From: Octopus bimaculoides
Lineage: Eukaryota
NCBI RefSeq assembly: GCF_001194135.2
Contig: NC_068985.1
Coordinates: 57,404,488-57,468,235 of the forward strand
DNA length: 63,748 bases
Direction: 5' to 3'
The notes below the pieces were generated by a model. That model was not told the origin of the DNA, searched no databases, and saw nothing but the letters and a program-made list of their open reading frames with translations. Positions 49,880-63,748 of the stretch are shown piece by piece. Within the stretch, counting starts at the first letter, position 1, and each line of letters starts with the position of its first letter. The position numbers were made by a program, and so were the translations under genes.

Positions 49880-51621
49880 TGCTATTTTTTCTCTTCATTG
49901 TACACTACTTGTTGCTGTTGTTGCTGTTGTTGTTGTTGTTGTTGTTATTGTTGTTACCTACCTGCTTTCTTTTTTGTTGTCTTTTTGCTTTTGATGCTGC
50001 AATTTCTGATGGCATCTCGATCATAGCTGTCATCATCATCACCATAATCAATAGCTATGTGATCACCAGCACCAGCACCACAACCAGGAGCAGCAGCAGC
50101 AGCAGTACCACCACCACCACCACCACCACCACCACCACCACCNNNNNNNNNNNNNNNNNNNNNNNNNNNNNNNNNNNNNNNNNNNNNNNNNNNNNNNNNN
50201 NNNNNNNNNNNNNNNNNNNNNNNNNNNNNNNNNNNNNNNNNNNNNNNNNNNNNNNNNNNNNNNNNNNNNNNNNNNNNNNNNNNNNNNNNNNNNNNNNNNN
50301 NNNNNNNNNNNNNNNNNNNNNNNNNNNNNNNNNNNNNNNNNNNNNNNNNNNNNNNNNNNNNNNNNNNNNNNNNNNNNNNNNNNNNNNNNNNNNNNNNNNN
50401 NNNNNNNNNNNNNNNNNNNNNNNNNNNNNNNNNNNNNNNNNNNNNNNNNNNNNNNNNNNNNNNNNNNNNNNNNNNNNNNNNNNNNNNNNNNNNNNNNNNN
50501 NNNNNNNNNNNNNNNNNNNNNNNNNNNNNNNNNNNNNNNNNNNNNNNNNNNNNNNNNNNNNNNNNNNNNNNNNNNNNNNNNNNNNNNNNNNNNNNNNNNN
50601 NNNNNNNNNNNNNNNNNNNNNNNNNNNNNNNNNNNNNNNNNNNNNNNNNNNNNNNNNNNNNNNNNNNNNNNNNNNNNNNNNNNNNNNNNNNNNNNNNNNN
50701 NNNNNNNNNNNNNNNNNNNNNNNNNNNNNNNNNNNNNNNNNNNNNNNNNNNNNNNNNNNNNNNNNNNNNNNNNNNNNNNNNNNNNNNNNNNNNNNNNNNN
50801 NNNNNNNNNNNNNNNNNNNNNNNNNNNNNNNNNNNNNNNNNNNNNNNNNNNNNNNNNNNNNNNNNNNNNNNNNNNNNNNNNNNNNNNNNNNNNNNNNNNN
50901 NNNNNNNNNNNNNNNNNNNNNNNNNNNNNNNNNNNNNNNNNNNNNNNNNNNNNNNNNNNNNNNNNNNNNNNNNNNNNNNNNNNNNNNNNNNNNNNNNNNN
51001 NNNNNNNNNNNNNNNNNNNNNNNNNNNNNNNNNNNNNNNNNNNNNNNNNNNNNNNNNNNNNNNNNNNNNNNNNNNNNNNNNNNNNNNNNNNNNNNNNNNN
51101 NNNNNNNNNNNNNNNNNNACCACACCACCACCACCACCACCACCACCACCATTACCACCAGCACCAGTACCAGTGCCACCACCATCACCACCACCACTTC
51201 CATCCCGTCAGCACAATTGTCGACGTCGTCGTCACCATCATAATCGTCACCATCACCATCACCACCATCAGCATCACCATCACCGCCATGAACACTATTA
51301 ATAACAGCAACATTGCAAACATCTTCAGCTGTAGCACCGCCTCCACCCCACCCCCTACGGACCTCACCGACGCCAGCGCCATCACCACTATCGTTCCCCA
51401 CCGTCAACATCCTCACAACCACCAACACCACCAATAACACAAACACCGCCGATACCAACACTACTACCCGTCCCACTACCACTACCACTGGTATCGCAAC
51501 CACTTTTACCGTTACCGTCACAACACACCCACACCACAGACTGCAACACAAACACCACTACAACCATCACCAAGTCGCCCTTCTCCAATTACTACTACTA
51601 CTACTACTACTACCACTACTA

Positions 51622-51676
<55 letters not shown>

Positions 51677-51700
51677 CAATACTACTACATCATGGTCAAA
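49880..51700. repeat. Low-complexity trinucleotide mosaic ((TTG)n, (ACC)n, (CTA)n) with a large gap
   Basis: Direct reading; accounts for the long poly-T/V/L/G ORFs. Confidence 0.9.
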
Positions 51701-52148
51701 CAAGGTACTTATAGACACTACTATCGACTACAACAGCAATGCCATTAAGATCATCACCATCATTATCATCTGCATCACAGACGCGTAGAGCTTTCTAAGG
51801 TGCAGAATTGCTAGAAACAACAGCCAAATCTTGCCCACATCGCACCTTGTTATGAAATCAGCAGAAATAATAAAGAAAATAAAGTTGATGTACTCCAAGA
51901 TATAAAACATCAGAGAAAATGACGGGAGGGTCACGACTGGAAAAAAACTTTGTTATGTATCTTTTCCTGTTATGAATCTGCTCCTGTTAAGAATCTTTTG
52001 TTATGAATCTTTTCCAGTTTAACCCCAACGCGAAACCAGAGCAATCCAGACCTCCATAAAAAAGAAAGGACAAGTCCATAAATAAAAATGCATTAATAAT
52101 AATAACAGCAATAATAATGATAATAACAACAACAACAACAACAACCAC

Positions 52149-52475
<327 letters not shown>

Positions 52476-52544
52476 ACAACAACAACAACAACAACAAAAA
52501 CTAAAACAACAACAATAATGATGATAATAACAATAACAACAATG

Positions 52545-52589
<45 letters not shown>

Positions 52590-53180
52590 GTAACACGTAT
52601 TTTTCTGCTGTCGGTGCATCTGTTGTACTGACGACTGCTGCTGTTGTTGCTACTACTGATGCTGCCTCCATTCGTTGGCCTTCTGTAGACTTGTACTGCT
52701 GCTGCTGCTACTGCTTCTTCTGCTGGTGATGCTGCTGTGTCTGTCTGTGCACTGGACCGCATCCAGCTGACTAACAAACTAATGGAACAACACTCGCTTG
52801 CAGGATGATGACAATTCTGTGACAATCGACAACGGTGCACCGTGTGTGGGAATATATAGCGAAAAAAAAAAAAAAAAAAAANNNNNNNNNNNNNNNNNNN
52901 NNNNNNNNNNNNNNNNNNNNNNNNNNNNNNNNNNNNNNNNNNNNNNNNNNNNNNNNNNNNNNNNNNNNNNNNNNNNNNNNNNNNNNNNNNNNNNNNNNNN
53001 NNNNNNNNNNNNNNNNNNNNNNNNNNNNNNNNNNNNNNNNNNNNNNNNNNNAAATACATACAAACACATGCACACATAAATCTACACACCTGCATGATTT
53101 TTTGTTTTGTTTATGAAAAATGTAATGGCTTTTAGAACTTAAGTTGCTTCCCCGCAGACCAATACATTGAAAATCACATC

Positions 53181-53235
<55 letters not shown>

Positions 53236-53798
53236 TTGACAACATCATCATCATCTTTAGCAAGTTCCTCGTATGTATTTCCATGTGTCTCAGTGAGCGC
53301 ATGTGCGTATATGTGTGTAAAGCGTTTCTTGGTTTATCAGATAGGAAGGACGTTATAAAGCTACTTGTATCGACCCCTTTCCGGGGGTGGGTTAACGCAT
53401 ACCAATCGCCTCCCCGCAAAATTTCTGTTAAATATCTGTTTGTTTTGTTAAGCTTACACAAAATTAATTACACTAACTGATCATTCCACCTGTACCGGCA
53501 AATTGCATATGTGACTCTCCGTTGATTATTTATTACATTGCTTTGTTTACTTAATTACTTTTCCCGTTATCTTTGATTTTGCAATTCACAATTCTTCTTA
53601 TTATTATTGTAATTGCTGCTGCTGTTTGAGGTTGCTGTTTCTGTTTGTGTTTTAATTGTTACTTTTGCTGTCATTAGTCAGTTAACCGCTGTTCAGTCGG
53701 AGATCTAACTTTAACGGAACTTTCTGCCTTGTTCATATTAACATTATATACTTCAGTTCCATTCTTCACTAAATTATTTTTGCACAATCTTACCCATT

Positions 53799-53837
<39 letters not shown>

Positions 53838-54650
53838 TGAGGGACAAGGAAGAATGAAGGGAAAATATAGATATATATATATAAATACATTTAAAACAGC
53901 ACTATAAAACCACTTGTTCGAGCGATATGTTTTGACAATATATAAATCTGCATTGCATTATACATACATAGATAAACACACACACGCACACACGCATACA
54001 TACATATCCCGCTGTACATTTCTACATACAGACAGGCACTCCCCCAAAACATACACACTCACAGACACACAGACACACAGTCGTATTCACGCGCGCATAT
54101 ACATATCTTTATCACACACGCAGACACAGGTTGGCATAGAAACAAAAATACACACACACACACACATACACACACATACACACACACGCACACACACACA
54201 CACACGCACACCTGTCTTTACTGCGTTTACGGAGCCGGAAAATGTTACGAAACATGTGTTTCTCTACCTTTTATTAAAATTATTTAATCCTTGTCATTTC
54301 GTAAGGATTATGGGAAAATGCAAGCGCAATTAAAGTGATTTGTGGTGTTTCACATACGTTAATCGTACCAGGATTATTTCATTATTTGAGTGTGGTAGGT
54401 TTAACGTACACATTCTTACGATTTATCGAAATAAAGATACCATATATCATACAGAAAAAAGTACGCCTTAACATACAAGGCATACATACATACGCACATA
54501 CTTACACACATAAATACATACATACATACATACATACACACGTATATACAGTATATATATATATATATAGTTAATTGAACATTAAAACTTATATTCTTAG
54601 AAGAGTCCTGTCTACGTTGTTAGAGTGCGTGTCTGTGCGTATATATATAC

Positions 54651-54691
<41 letters not shown>

Positions 54692-55508
54692 GAACAAGTC
54701 GCTTTCATGTTCATCAAGTATAAAGAAAGTTTTATAATACATAATAGTTTAATGGGTAAAGAAGCTGGTTTACAATACTGACAAGGAAAATGATAAAAAC
54801 ACATCACGTTATTAAGAACAGCAATGATATTGGTAGCTGCAACAACAGCAACGTCAACAACAATATATACAAAGAATAGAAGTGAATGATACATTCATAA
54901 AACACCACAAAATCAAAATTACAATAGCAACAACACCAACCGGAAAACACACCGCCCTCTCTCGAAAGAATAATAACAATCAAGCTAAAGTTTTCCTGCC
55001 TAAAATCACAATCTCTATGTTGTGTTGAGCCCTGTGTGGCTAATAAAAGAAATGTAATTAATTGAGAACAGCAGATATAATATTAAACATAGCAACAACA
55101 TCAACAACAACAATAATAACATTGTCAATTGTAAAATAATCTGTGAGTGTAATATTTACCGCCTAGCTACACAAATATTACCTATACAAAAGCGATACAA
55201 ATTTTTTTTCTTCTTTAACGTTGGATGAACATAACTGATGACAAAACGTTCTGGATACAACTTGGAGGGTTTTTTTCGTTATTTTCTTTGAAAAGAGGCC
55301 TAAACTGGTGAGTTGTGTAACTTTTAATTTTATATTATGATATATTTTATTTATTTGTCGTTGTTATGTTGTTCATCTTCTGTATATTATGGAAAAGAGA
55401 TGAACAATTTTTGTGTGAAATACCATCTATATGTGATTTTGACATTTATACGTGTATATGTAAACGCACATGTATATATATATATTTAGCTGCAAACATA
55501 TGCATATC

Positions 55509-55555
<47 letters not shown>

Positions 55556-55641
55556 CGTAAATACACACATACATACGCACACATGTCACATCAATCAACC
55601 AATCTATCTATCTATTATCTATCTGTCTATCTATCTATCTG

Positions 55642-55702
<61 letters not shown>

Positions 55703-55868
55703 TTATCTGTCTGTCTATCAGCCTATATCTCTGTGTATATGTGTATGTAAGCATATATGTACATATTTATATATGTATGTTTATGTATATGCATATAGAT
55801 ATATAAATATATATGTCAATGTATATATATGCATGTTTATATGTTCTCTACAATCTATACACACACAC

Positions 55869-55954
<86 letters not shown>

Positions 55955-58244
55955 GCACACATACAGATGTACACAAATATATGCATGTCTGTGTATACAG
56001 ACATCGTTGAAACAAAAACAAATGTTCTGTGACGTTGGTTTCAACTCCTTGCAGCTCTGAGTTCTGAGTTCAAATCTCACTGCTTCAAATTTCCATTCAA
56101 GTATTTCAGGGTCCATAAATTCCCAGCCTAGGCTGGTGAAGCTTTTTTGAGCTTTTAGAGCGTCGGATATGATACTTTGTGGTATTGGTTCTCGCTCTCC
56201 TCTCATTCTCAGTTCGAATACCGCTTCGAATTTATATGTCAGTAATGGCGGTGTCATCGCTGCTCATGCACTGATAAAAGGTGTCAAGTTGGACCAGGAC
56301 AGATCAATCTCTGCTTAATTGGACTAGAGTTCAAAAACAGGAGCCTTCAGGACTAAGCACTGGAGAAGTGTAAGGTCTACTCGTAGCCAGTGTCTTGTTC
56401 CTAGGGCCAAATAAATCAAATGCAAAGAGTGGATGTTCATCAGGTATCAGATTTTAGAAAGAACTTTGACGACGTCAAAATACAGATGACAACGATATGT
56501 ATATATGTATATATATATGTATTTATGTATGTATTTATGTATGTCAGTATGTATGTGCCCACACACACACACACTTACACACACATACACTAACACCCAC
56601 ACACATGTTTTTAAAACTACGTATAGATACACACCTATATACGCAGCACGCGTATACGCACATGCATATACATCGGCTAGTGTAAGATTGTGTATGTATT
56701 TGCATGTGTAACTATACCTATCTACTTCTTTATTTACACACACACATACATGCACATATATGTATATATGCATAAATATGAATACACAAACACACACGCA
56801 TATACATACACATATGTATATATGAATAAATATAAATACACATGCACATACATACGCAAGTATATATAGATTCATGCATCAGTTTATGTGTATGTTTAGT
56901 AGTAGGAATGAGTGTGTACATAAATCCGTTGATGTTGATATGACTGAGTGGTAATAAAGAAATTCAGTTTGGAATTCGGTGGAAGTCGCAGATTCGATCC
57001 CACACCTCAACCAGCTAAGCAAACGTATGGTTAATATGCCATAATAAAAGAGGTTGACGGAATTTGTTGAAATCGCTCGCAAGTTTTACAAGTGGAAGGG
57101 TAGGCCATATCACAGTAACTATCTATCTGGTCCCATAAGAGCGACTGTAAAATGTAAGTGTAGACGGACGCAAGTGACATTTACAATATATCTCAATGAA
57201 TAGATTTTTGAGGTTTCTGGTAAGAACTTTACTTCTAAACATCAAGGACGCGTGTTCAGGCCCACTGCGTAGCATCTTGGGTATGTGAATTTCTGTAAAG
57301 CCTCAGTCCGACTTGTGAATGCATTTCGTACAGAAGCGCTGAAAGAATTCCATCGTATATATATATACATACAGTGTATGTGTGTGTATGTACGTATACG
57401 TATATATATATATATATATATACATATGTGTGTGAGAGTCTGTGTGTATGTGTGTGTNNNNNNNNNNNNNNNNNNNNNNNNNNNNNNNNNNNNNNNNNNN
57501 NNNNNNNNNNNNNNNNNNNNNNNNNNNNNNNNNNNNNNNNNNNNNNNNNNNNNNNNNNNNNNNNNNNNNNNNNNNNNNNNNNNNNNNNNNNNNNNNNNNN
57601 NNNNNNNNNNNNNNNNNNNNNNNNNNNNNNNNNNNNNNNNNNNNNNNNNNNNNNNNNNNNNNNNNNNNNNNNNNNNNNNNNNNNNNNNNNNNNNNNNNNN
57701 NNNNNNNNNNNNNNNNNNNNNNNNNNNNNNNNNNNNNNNNNNNNNNNNNNNNNNNNNNNNNNNNNNNNNNNNNNNNNNNNNNNNNNNNNNNNNNNNNNNN
57801 NNNNNNNNNNNNNNNNNNNNNNNNNNNNNNNNNNNNNNNNNNNNNNNNNNNNNNNNNNNNNNNNNNNNNNNNNNNNNNNNNNNNNNNNNNNNNNNNNNNN
57901 NNNNNNNNNNNNNNNNNNNNNNNNNNNNNNNNNNNNNNNNNNNNNNNNNNNNNNNNNNNNNNNNNNNNNNNNNNNNNNNNNNNNNNNNNNTCAAAACACT
58001 GGTTTAAAAAGCCATATCAGACGCCATGAAAGGGCTAAGGTGTAGGTGCAGGAGGTGGTCAAACTCTGTTTAAGGAGTAGACAACCACCATATATATATA
58101 TATATACATATGTGTGTGAGAGTCTGTGTGTATGTGTGTGTGTGTGTATATGTGTGTGCGTATGTGCCTGTGGGAGGGAGAGGGAGATTCTGCAGGCGCG
58201 CGTGTATGTGTGCGCGCGTGTGTGCGTGTGTGTGTGTGTGTGTA

Positions 58245-58400
58245 TGACTTTGGCCCCGTAACCCAGCAGTTCGGCAAAGACACTTGAAGGTTTAGAAAGG
58301 AAAATGCACTGGAGTCAGTTCTTTCGACTAAAATTCTTGAAGTTTATGCCCCGGCATGGCCCCTGCCTAATGACAAAAGATGAAAAAAGTAAGACTGGAA
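58245..58400 (+). mobile_element. SINE family A, 3' part
   Basis: CCCCGTAACCCAGCAGTTCGGCAAA...CCCGGCATGGCC. Confidence 0.65.
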
Positions 58401-58516
58401 CATTTTCTGACTATCAGACGTCCTACACACACATATATGCATACATACCTACATACATACATAATTGCACACATATCTATCTATCTATCTATCTATATAA
58501 ATATATATACATATAT

Positions 58517-58578
<62 letters not shown>

Positions 58579-58601
58579 ATATATATATAGATAGATAGAT
58601 A

Positions 58602-59000
58602 GGCGCAGGAATGGCTGCCTGGTAATTAGCTTGGCTACTAACCACATGGTCCCGGGTTCAGTCCCACCGCGTGGCACATTTAGCAATTGTTCTTGTAAGT
58701 GGATTTGGTAGACGTAAACTGGAAGACGCCCGTCGAATATATATATATGTGTGTGTGTGTGAGTGTGTGTGTATGTTTGTATGTATGGGTGTGTATGTTT
58801 GTGTGTCTGTGTTTGTCCTCCCACCAACATCGCTTGACAAGTAATGCTGGTGTGTTTATGTCTCCGTAATCTAGCGGTTCGGCAAAAAGAAAGATAGAAT
58901 AAGTACTAGGCTTACAAAGATTAAACTCTGGGGTCGATTTGCACGACTAAAGGCGGTTCTCCAGCATAGCCGCAGTGAAATGACTGAAACAAGTAAAACA
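58602..59000 (+). mobile_element. SINE family A, full layout with internal microsatellite
   Basis: A-box TGGCTGCCTGG, B-box GGTTCAGTCC, (TA)n(TG)n at 58738-58815, 3' module to ACTGAAACAAGTAAAA. Confidence 0.85.
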
Positions 59001-59147
59001 GCGTAAAAAAGAGTATATGCATGCATACGTGCATATAGACATATATAGATACATATGTACATATATGTCTGCGTAAGTGTATGTCTATATACGGACTATG
59101 TTGCAGACGACTATATGCATAAATATGCGTATGAGTATATCAGTTTC

Positions 59148-59205
<58 letters not shown>

Positions 59206-59277
59206 GCTAACCGACGCTGTTTTTCTCTCTCCGTCTTCCTCTGTTTATAGATATAAATATGCATATATATGCACAAA

Positions 59278-59310
<33 letters not shown>

Positions 59311-59356
59311 GTATATATATCTATATATATCATATATATATATATATTCATGTATG

Positions 59357-59401
<45 letters not shown>

Positions 59402-60586
59402 NNNNNNNNNNNNNNNNNNNNNNNNNNNNNNNNNNNNNNNNNNNNNNNNNNNNNNNNNNNNNNNNNNNNNNNNNNNNNNNNNNNNNNNNNNNNNNNNNNN
59501 NNNNNNNNNNNNNNNNNNNNNNNNNNNNNNNNNNNNNNNNNNNNNNNNNNNNNNNNNNNNNNNNNNNNNNNNNNNNNNNNNNNNNNNNNNNNNNNNNNNN
59601 NNNNNNNNNNNNNNNNNNNNNNNNNNNNNNNNNNNNNNNNNNNNNNNNNNNNNNNNNNNNNNNNNNNNNNNNNNNNNNNNNNNNNNNNNNNNNNNNNNNN
59701 NNNNNNNNNNNNNNNNNNNNNNNNNNNNNNNNNNNNNNNNNNNNNNNNNNNNNNNNNNNNNNNNNNNNNNNNNNNNNNNNNNNNNNNNNNNNNNNNNNNN
59801 NNNNNNNNNNNNNNNNNNNNNNNNNNNNNNNNNNNNNNNNNNNNNNNNNNNNNNNNNNNNNNNNNNNNNNNNNNNNNNNNNNNNNNNNNNTATATATATA
59901 TATAAATATGTATATATATATAAATATGGCTGTGTATGTGTGTACGTATCTGCTGATATCTATCAGTCTATCAATCAAATTATGTATGTATACACACGCA
60001 TGGAATATTATTTACGATTGGTTTTCGATTAGGATAAACTACCGGGTAAAATTATATGAAGTTGCACTCTGCGTAATAAACACGCTGTATGTTTTCCGTT
60101 CTACATACATGACTATAGTTAAAAAGCCATGACAGCGCATTTGAAAGCACAAATGATCTGTAATGCTACCATAACTGTTAGGATGGTCGCGGCCGGAACG
60201 CACTTGTATTTCTACTTAGTCAATAATGTACTGCAACAACAACAAGAACAGCCACGATATTCGTGTTTTAGAGCTTGTTGCTTCGTAAAAATCATTATTT
60301 CTCTCTCTCTTTCTGTCGCTCTTTAGTTTCTCTCTCTCTGTCGCTCTCCCTCTCAGTCGTTCCCTCACTGTCGATCTCTCTTTCTCTCTGTCACTCTCTC
60401 TCGCTCGCTCTCTGTCTCTCTGTCTCAGTCTCACCCTCACATTCCCTCCCCCTTACTGTCAGTGTATTATTATAAGTACATGCGTGTGCGTGTGTGTGTA
60501 TACATTAGCGTTCTATTTTCGAATCATGTACATACACGTGTGTGTATATGTGTGTTCGCGTACGTGTGTATGTATGCATGGATGTG

Positions 60587-60640
<54 letters not shown>

Positions 60641-61045
60641 CATCTACCTATCTATCTGTCTATCTCAGTATATATANNNNNNNNNNNNNNNNNNNNNNNN
60701 NNNNNNNNNNNNNNNNNNNNNNNNNNNNNNNNNNNNNNNNNNNNNNNNNNNNNNNNNNNNNNNNNNNNNNNNNNNNNNNNNNNNNNNNNNNNNNNNNNNN
60801 NNNNNNNNNNNNNNNNNNNNNNNNNNNNNNNNNNNNNNNNNNNNNNNNNNNNNNNNNNNNNNNNNNNNNNNNNNNNNNNNNNNNNNNNNNNNNNNNNNNN
60901 NNNNNNNNNNNNNNNNNNNNNNNNNNNNNNNNNNNNNNNNNNNNNNNNNNNNNNNNNNNNNNNNNNNNNNNNNNNNNNNNNNNNNNNNNNNNNNNNNNNN
61001 NNNNNNNNNNNNNNNNNNNNNNNNNNNNNNNNNNNNNNNNNNNNN

Positions 61046-61085
<40 letters not shown>

Positions 61086-61277
61086 TACGTATATATGAAT
61101 GCATATAGGTAGGTATACAGCCACAAATATACACACTCACAATATGCATACACCAATAATGTCTATAATTGTTATGTAACAATGTAATAATTCTAAACAA
61201 TTCGTGTGTTATTATTGTTGCTTTCCTCTATCAGTTAAAACCTTTGTGATAAAAGACATTAAACGTGACATTTCATT

Positions 61278-61308
<31 letters not shown>

Positions 61309-62650
61309 CCAACCTACCTGCCTGCCTGTCTGTCTGTCTGTCTATTTGTCTGTCTGTCTGTCTATCTGTCTGTCTGTCTATCTGTCTGTCTGTCTGCTTA
61401 TTTTTTATTGCTAGTGTTTGCGCTTTTGATATCCCTATACATTATCGAACGTATCCTCTATATGAAGCGTCTGGTTTTAATTTTGTATGAGATATGGCTG
61501 CTGTTGTAGCAGCGCTGGCAACCATGTGTAGTGTTTCCCTTTGCTTTGAAGAAAGGAGGGGAGTTGACGGGAAAGATAGAACTCTATGACAGAGTATCTG
61601 AAGTCATTCACTATATTACAATCAATAGGTTCAGAGTTCGAAACATGCTGATGGCATCTCTCTTTGAATTAAAACTAGCAGCCTCACAGAAGTCTCAAAC
61701 AATCGTCCACAACTCTCACCTACCTGATACTGCCAGGATGTCGTTACGTCATCGCTCGAACCTCTAGAAATAACACTCATTTGCTTTATAAATCATATGA
61801 TGGTAACTTAGTCTTAAGATCTTTGTACATACAAAAACAAGTTGGGATTGTTACGGTAGGATCACCTTTAGTCAGATATTTGCTCGCTCAGGGTTGACCT
61901 TGGTCATATCATTGACGTGTATCTTTTAACAAGGGTGAATCATCACAAGGTGTATTATAAGTTGCCGGAAATTGCAGCCAGTTATACTTTATTTCACATG
62001 CTACTGGCTTAAACATAGAAAGACACTATATCTATAAGGGATGACTGGATAGACCCCGCTTGGAATAATTTCATTCTTTGTAAGCTCAATCAGGGTTAAC
62101 TAGCTACAACAACAAAACAACGACGGCGACAACAACGCCTGTACACTCTACAAAAGCTAGTCTTGTATTTATTTGAAGATATATCGGCATATATTTCTCC
62201 CAATAAACGTACATGAGTGTTCGCTGTCTTTTGTGAAAACAACGACTATTACATTTTGGGAAATTTTATAAGTTAATTCTTAGTTTATTAATATTTTAAA
62301 TTCACAGCAATAGTGATAGAATCTACGTGTCGGAATCATGCGTCAAACGTTATGGGATGTCAGTAAATTACACAATATTTTTACTCCAAACGAAATCTAA
62401 TGCAAAGAAGAGAGCATTTATGGAGTTTCGAGAATGGGTCCTAGAGTCACCTTTATGTTCTAAAATCAGAACAAAAGTAGCATGTAGGAATTTTATCCTA
62501 GGTGACAATATCCTCAAGCCCAACGCTTTAATAATTATAACTATGACGATAATAATAGTCGCTGCAATATCATATATTTTTTGTTTTTGGTTTGGCCTGA
62601 AGAAAGTATACACACACACATACACACACACGCACACACGCACATGCACG

Positions 62651-62688
<38 letters not shown>

Positions 62689-62739
62689 TCACGCTATCTC
62701 TCAAGATAGGTTAAATTTTTCTATAGAAATAACATCAAT

Positions 62740-63690
62740 AAATACTTTGCGGGACGGACTGTTTCAACGAAGTCGCGTATTGTCCTTGCCTTCGAAACGC
62801 GGAGTAGATGGAACAGGGACGACTGAAGAAGGGAAATATTCTTTATGTTGCATGTCTCGTTTCTCTGTTTTTTTCGTTGTTAGAAAAAAAAGTTCGTTTT
62901 CTCTCTTCGTTTTATGTTTTCGTTTCTCATNNNNNNNNNNNNNNNNNNNNNNNNNNNNNNNNNNNNNNNNNNNNNNNNNNNNNNNNNNNNNNNNNNNNNN
63001 NNNNNNNNNNNNNNNNNNNNNNNNNNNNNNNNNNNNNNNNNNNNNNNNNNNNNNNNNNNNNNNNNNNNNNNNNNNNNNNNNNNNNNNNNNNNNNNNNNNN
63101 NNNNNNNNNNNNNNNNNNNNNNNNNNNNNNNNNNNNNNNNNNNNNNNNNNNNNNNNNNNNNNNNNNNNNNNNNNNNNNNNNNNNNNNNNNNNNNNNATAT
63201 ATACACCATATATATACATATACATACAAACACACATATATATGGACAACCAGATCGAACCCTCAAGTGTAACTGCCCAAAACAGTAAGAACTTCTGATA
63301 TACTTGACTGAGGAAATAAGACCACGAATGACCCGTCTTTTTTAGCCTGCCCTTCTAATTATTGTTTCTCCTGTCCGGCTTTGTTTCGTCTATCTGTCCG
63401 AATGTTTTATTGTCCTCTATTGCGTTTTTGTTCCATCATATATATAATATAATATAAACGATATGTAAACATATGTATATATCCATACATATATGTACAT
63501 ACCTACATCAATATACATATATAGGAGAATTCACCAAAAAACAACAGACGAAGACAGGTGGTGTAAACAACAAATAGATGTATTAGTATAAGGCTCGAGA
63601 ATAGAGAAAGTCTTTAACGTTTCGAGCCTACGCTCTTCAACAGAAAGGAACAAAGAAATAAATAAGGAGAGAAACAAGGAGAGAAAAAAA
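62740..63690. mobile_element. Composite non-autonomous, probably Penelope-derived repeat (plus-strand modules followed by an inverted module)
   Basis: GC-richer modules separated by (TA)n and a gap; the last module is homologous to 32860-32942 and carries an HHR-like motif. Confidence 0.45.
63612..63647 (-). ncRNA. Minimal type I hammerhead-like motif (A6U variant)
   Basis: Reverse complement CTTT-CUGUUGA-A-GAGC-guag-GCUC-GAAAC-GUU-AAAG: helix I CUUU/AAAG, helix II 4 bp, palindromic AACGUU helix III; core A6 is U. Confidence 0.5.
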
Positions 63691-63748
63691 ATATATGTAG
63701 TTGTCAGCGATACATATGTACATACATATATATATATATATATATATA

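Noticed and set aside
57400-58150. Repeated ATACATATGTGTGTGAGAGTCTGTGTGTATG on both sides of a gap
   Set aside because: Low-complexity and gap-adjacent; cannot be separated from mis-assembly or haplotype duplication.
62780-62850. CGAAACGCG...CTGAAGAAGG as a type II hammerhead
   Set aside because: No NUH triplet or helix I in register, and helix II pairing conflicts with the core.

Overview
AT-rich, microsatellite-dense eukaryotic DNA with many N-gaps. The repeat families suggest a cephalopod (Octopus-like) draft assembly; this is an inference. No intact protein-coding gene, rRNA, true tRNA gene or CRISPR array is supportable. The window is mostly decayed mobile elements: about ten fragments of R4/Dong-type non-LTR retrotransposons (RT, CCHC knuckle, restriction-like endonuclease), several ending in or sitting inside (TAA)n; one Tx1/L1-clade LINE; an RTE-like 3' end; a Gypsy pol fragment; a Penelope-like GIY-YIG relic; two mariner relics (one built from two left ends); a hAT transposase relic; and at least four tRNA-derived SINE families. 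The most notable signal is a set of hammerhead-ribozyme (HHR)-like motifs from three unrelated sequence families. The best is a type I HHR with a compensatory U3-A8 core variant, a GUC cleavage site and a palindromic helix III. It lies inside a rod-like RNA fold that is present twice as a perfect 239-bp inverted repeat (30386-30981), suggesting a young retrozyme- or Penelope-terminal-repeat-like element. Also notable are a decayed 18-bp/hexapeptide (xDSPxL) repeat with codon-like variation (37498-37927) and a few GC-rich unique islands that may be exons or enhancers.
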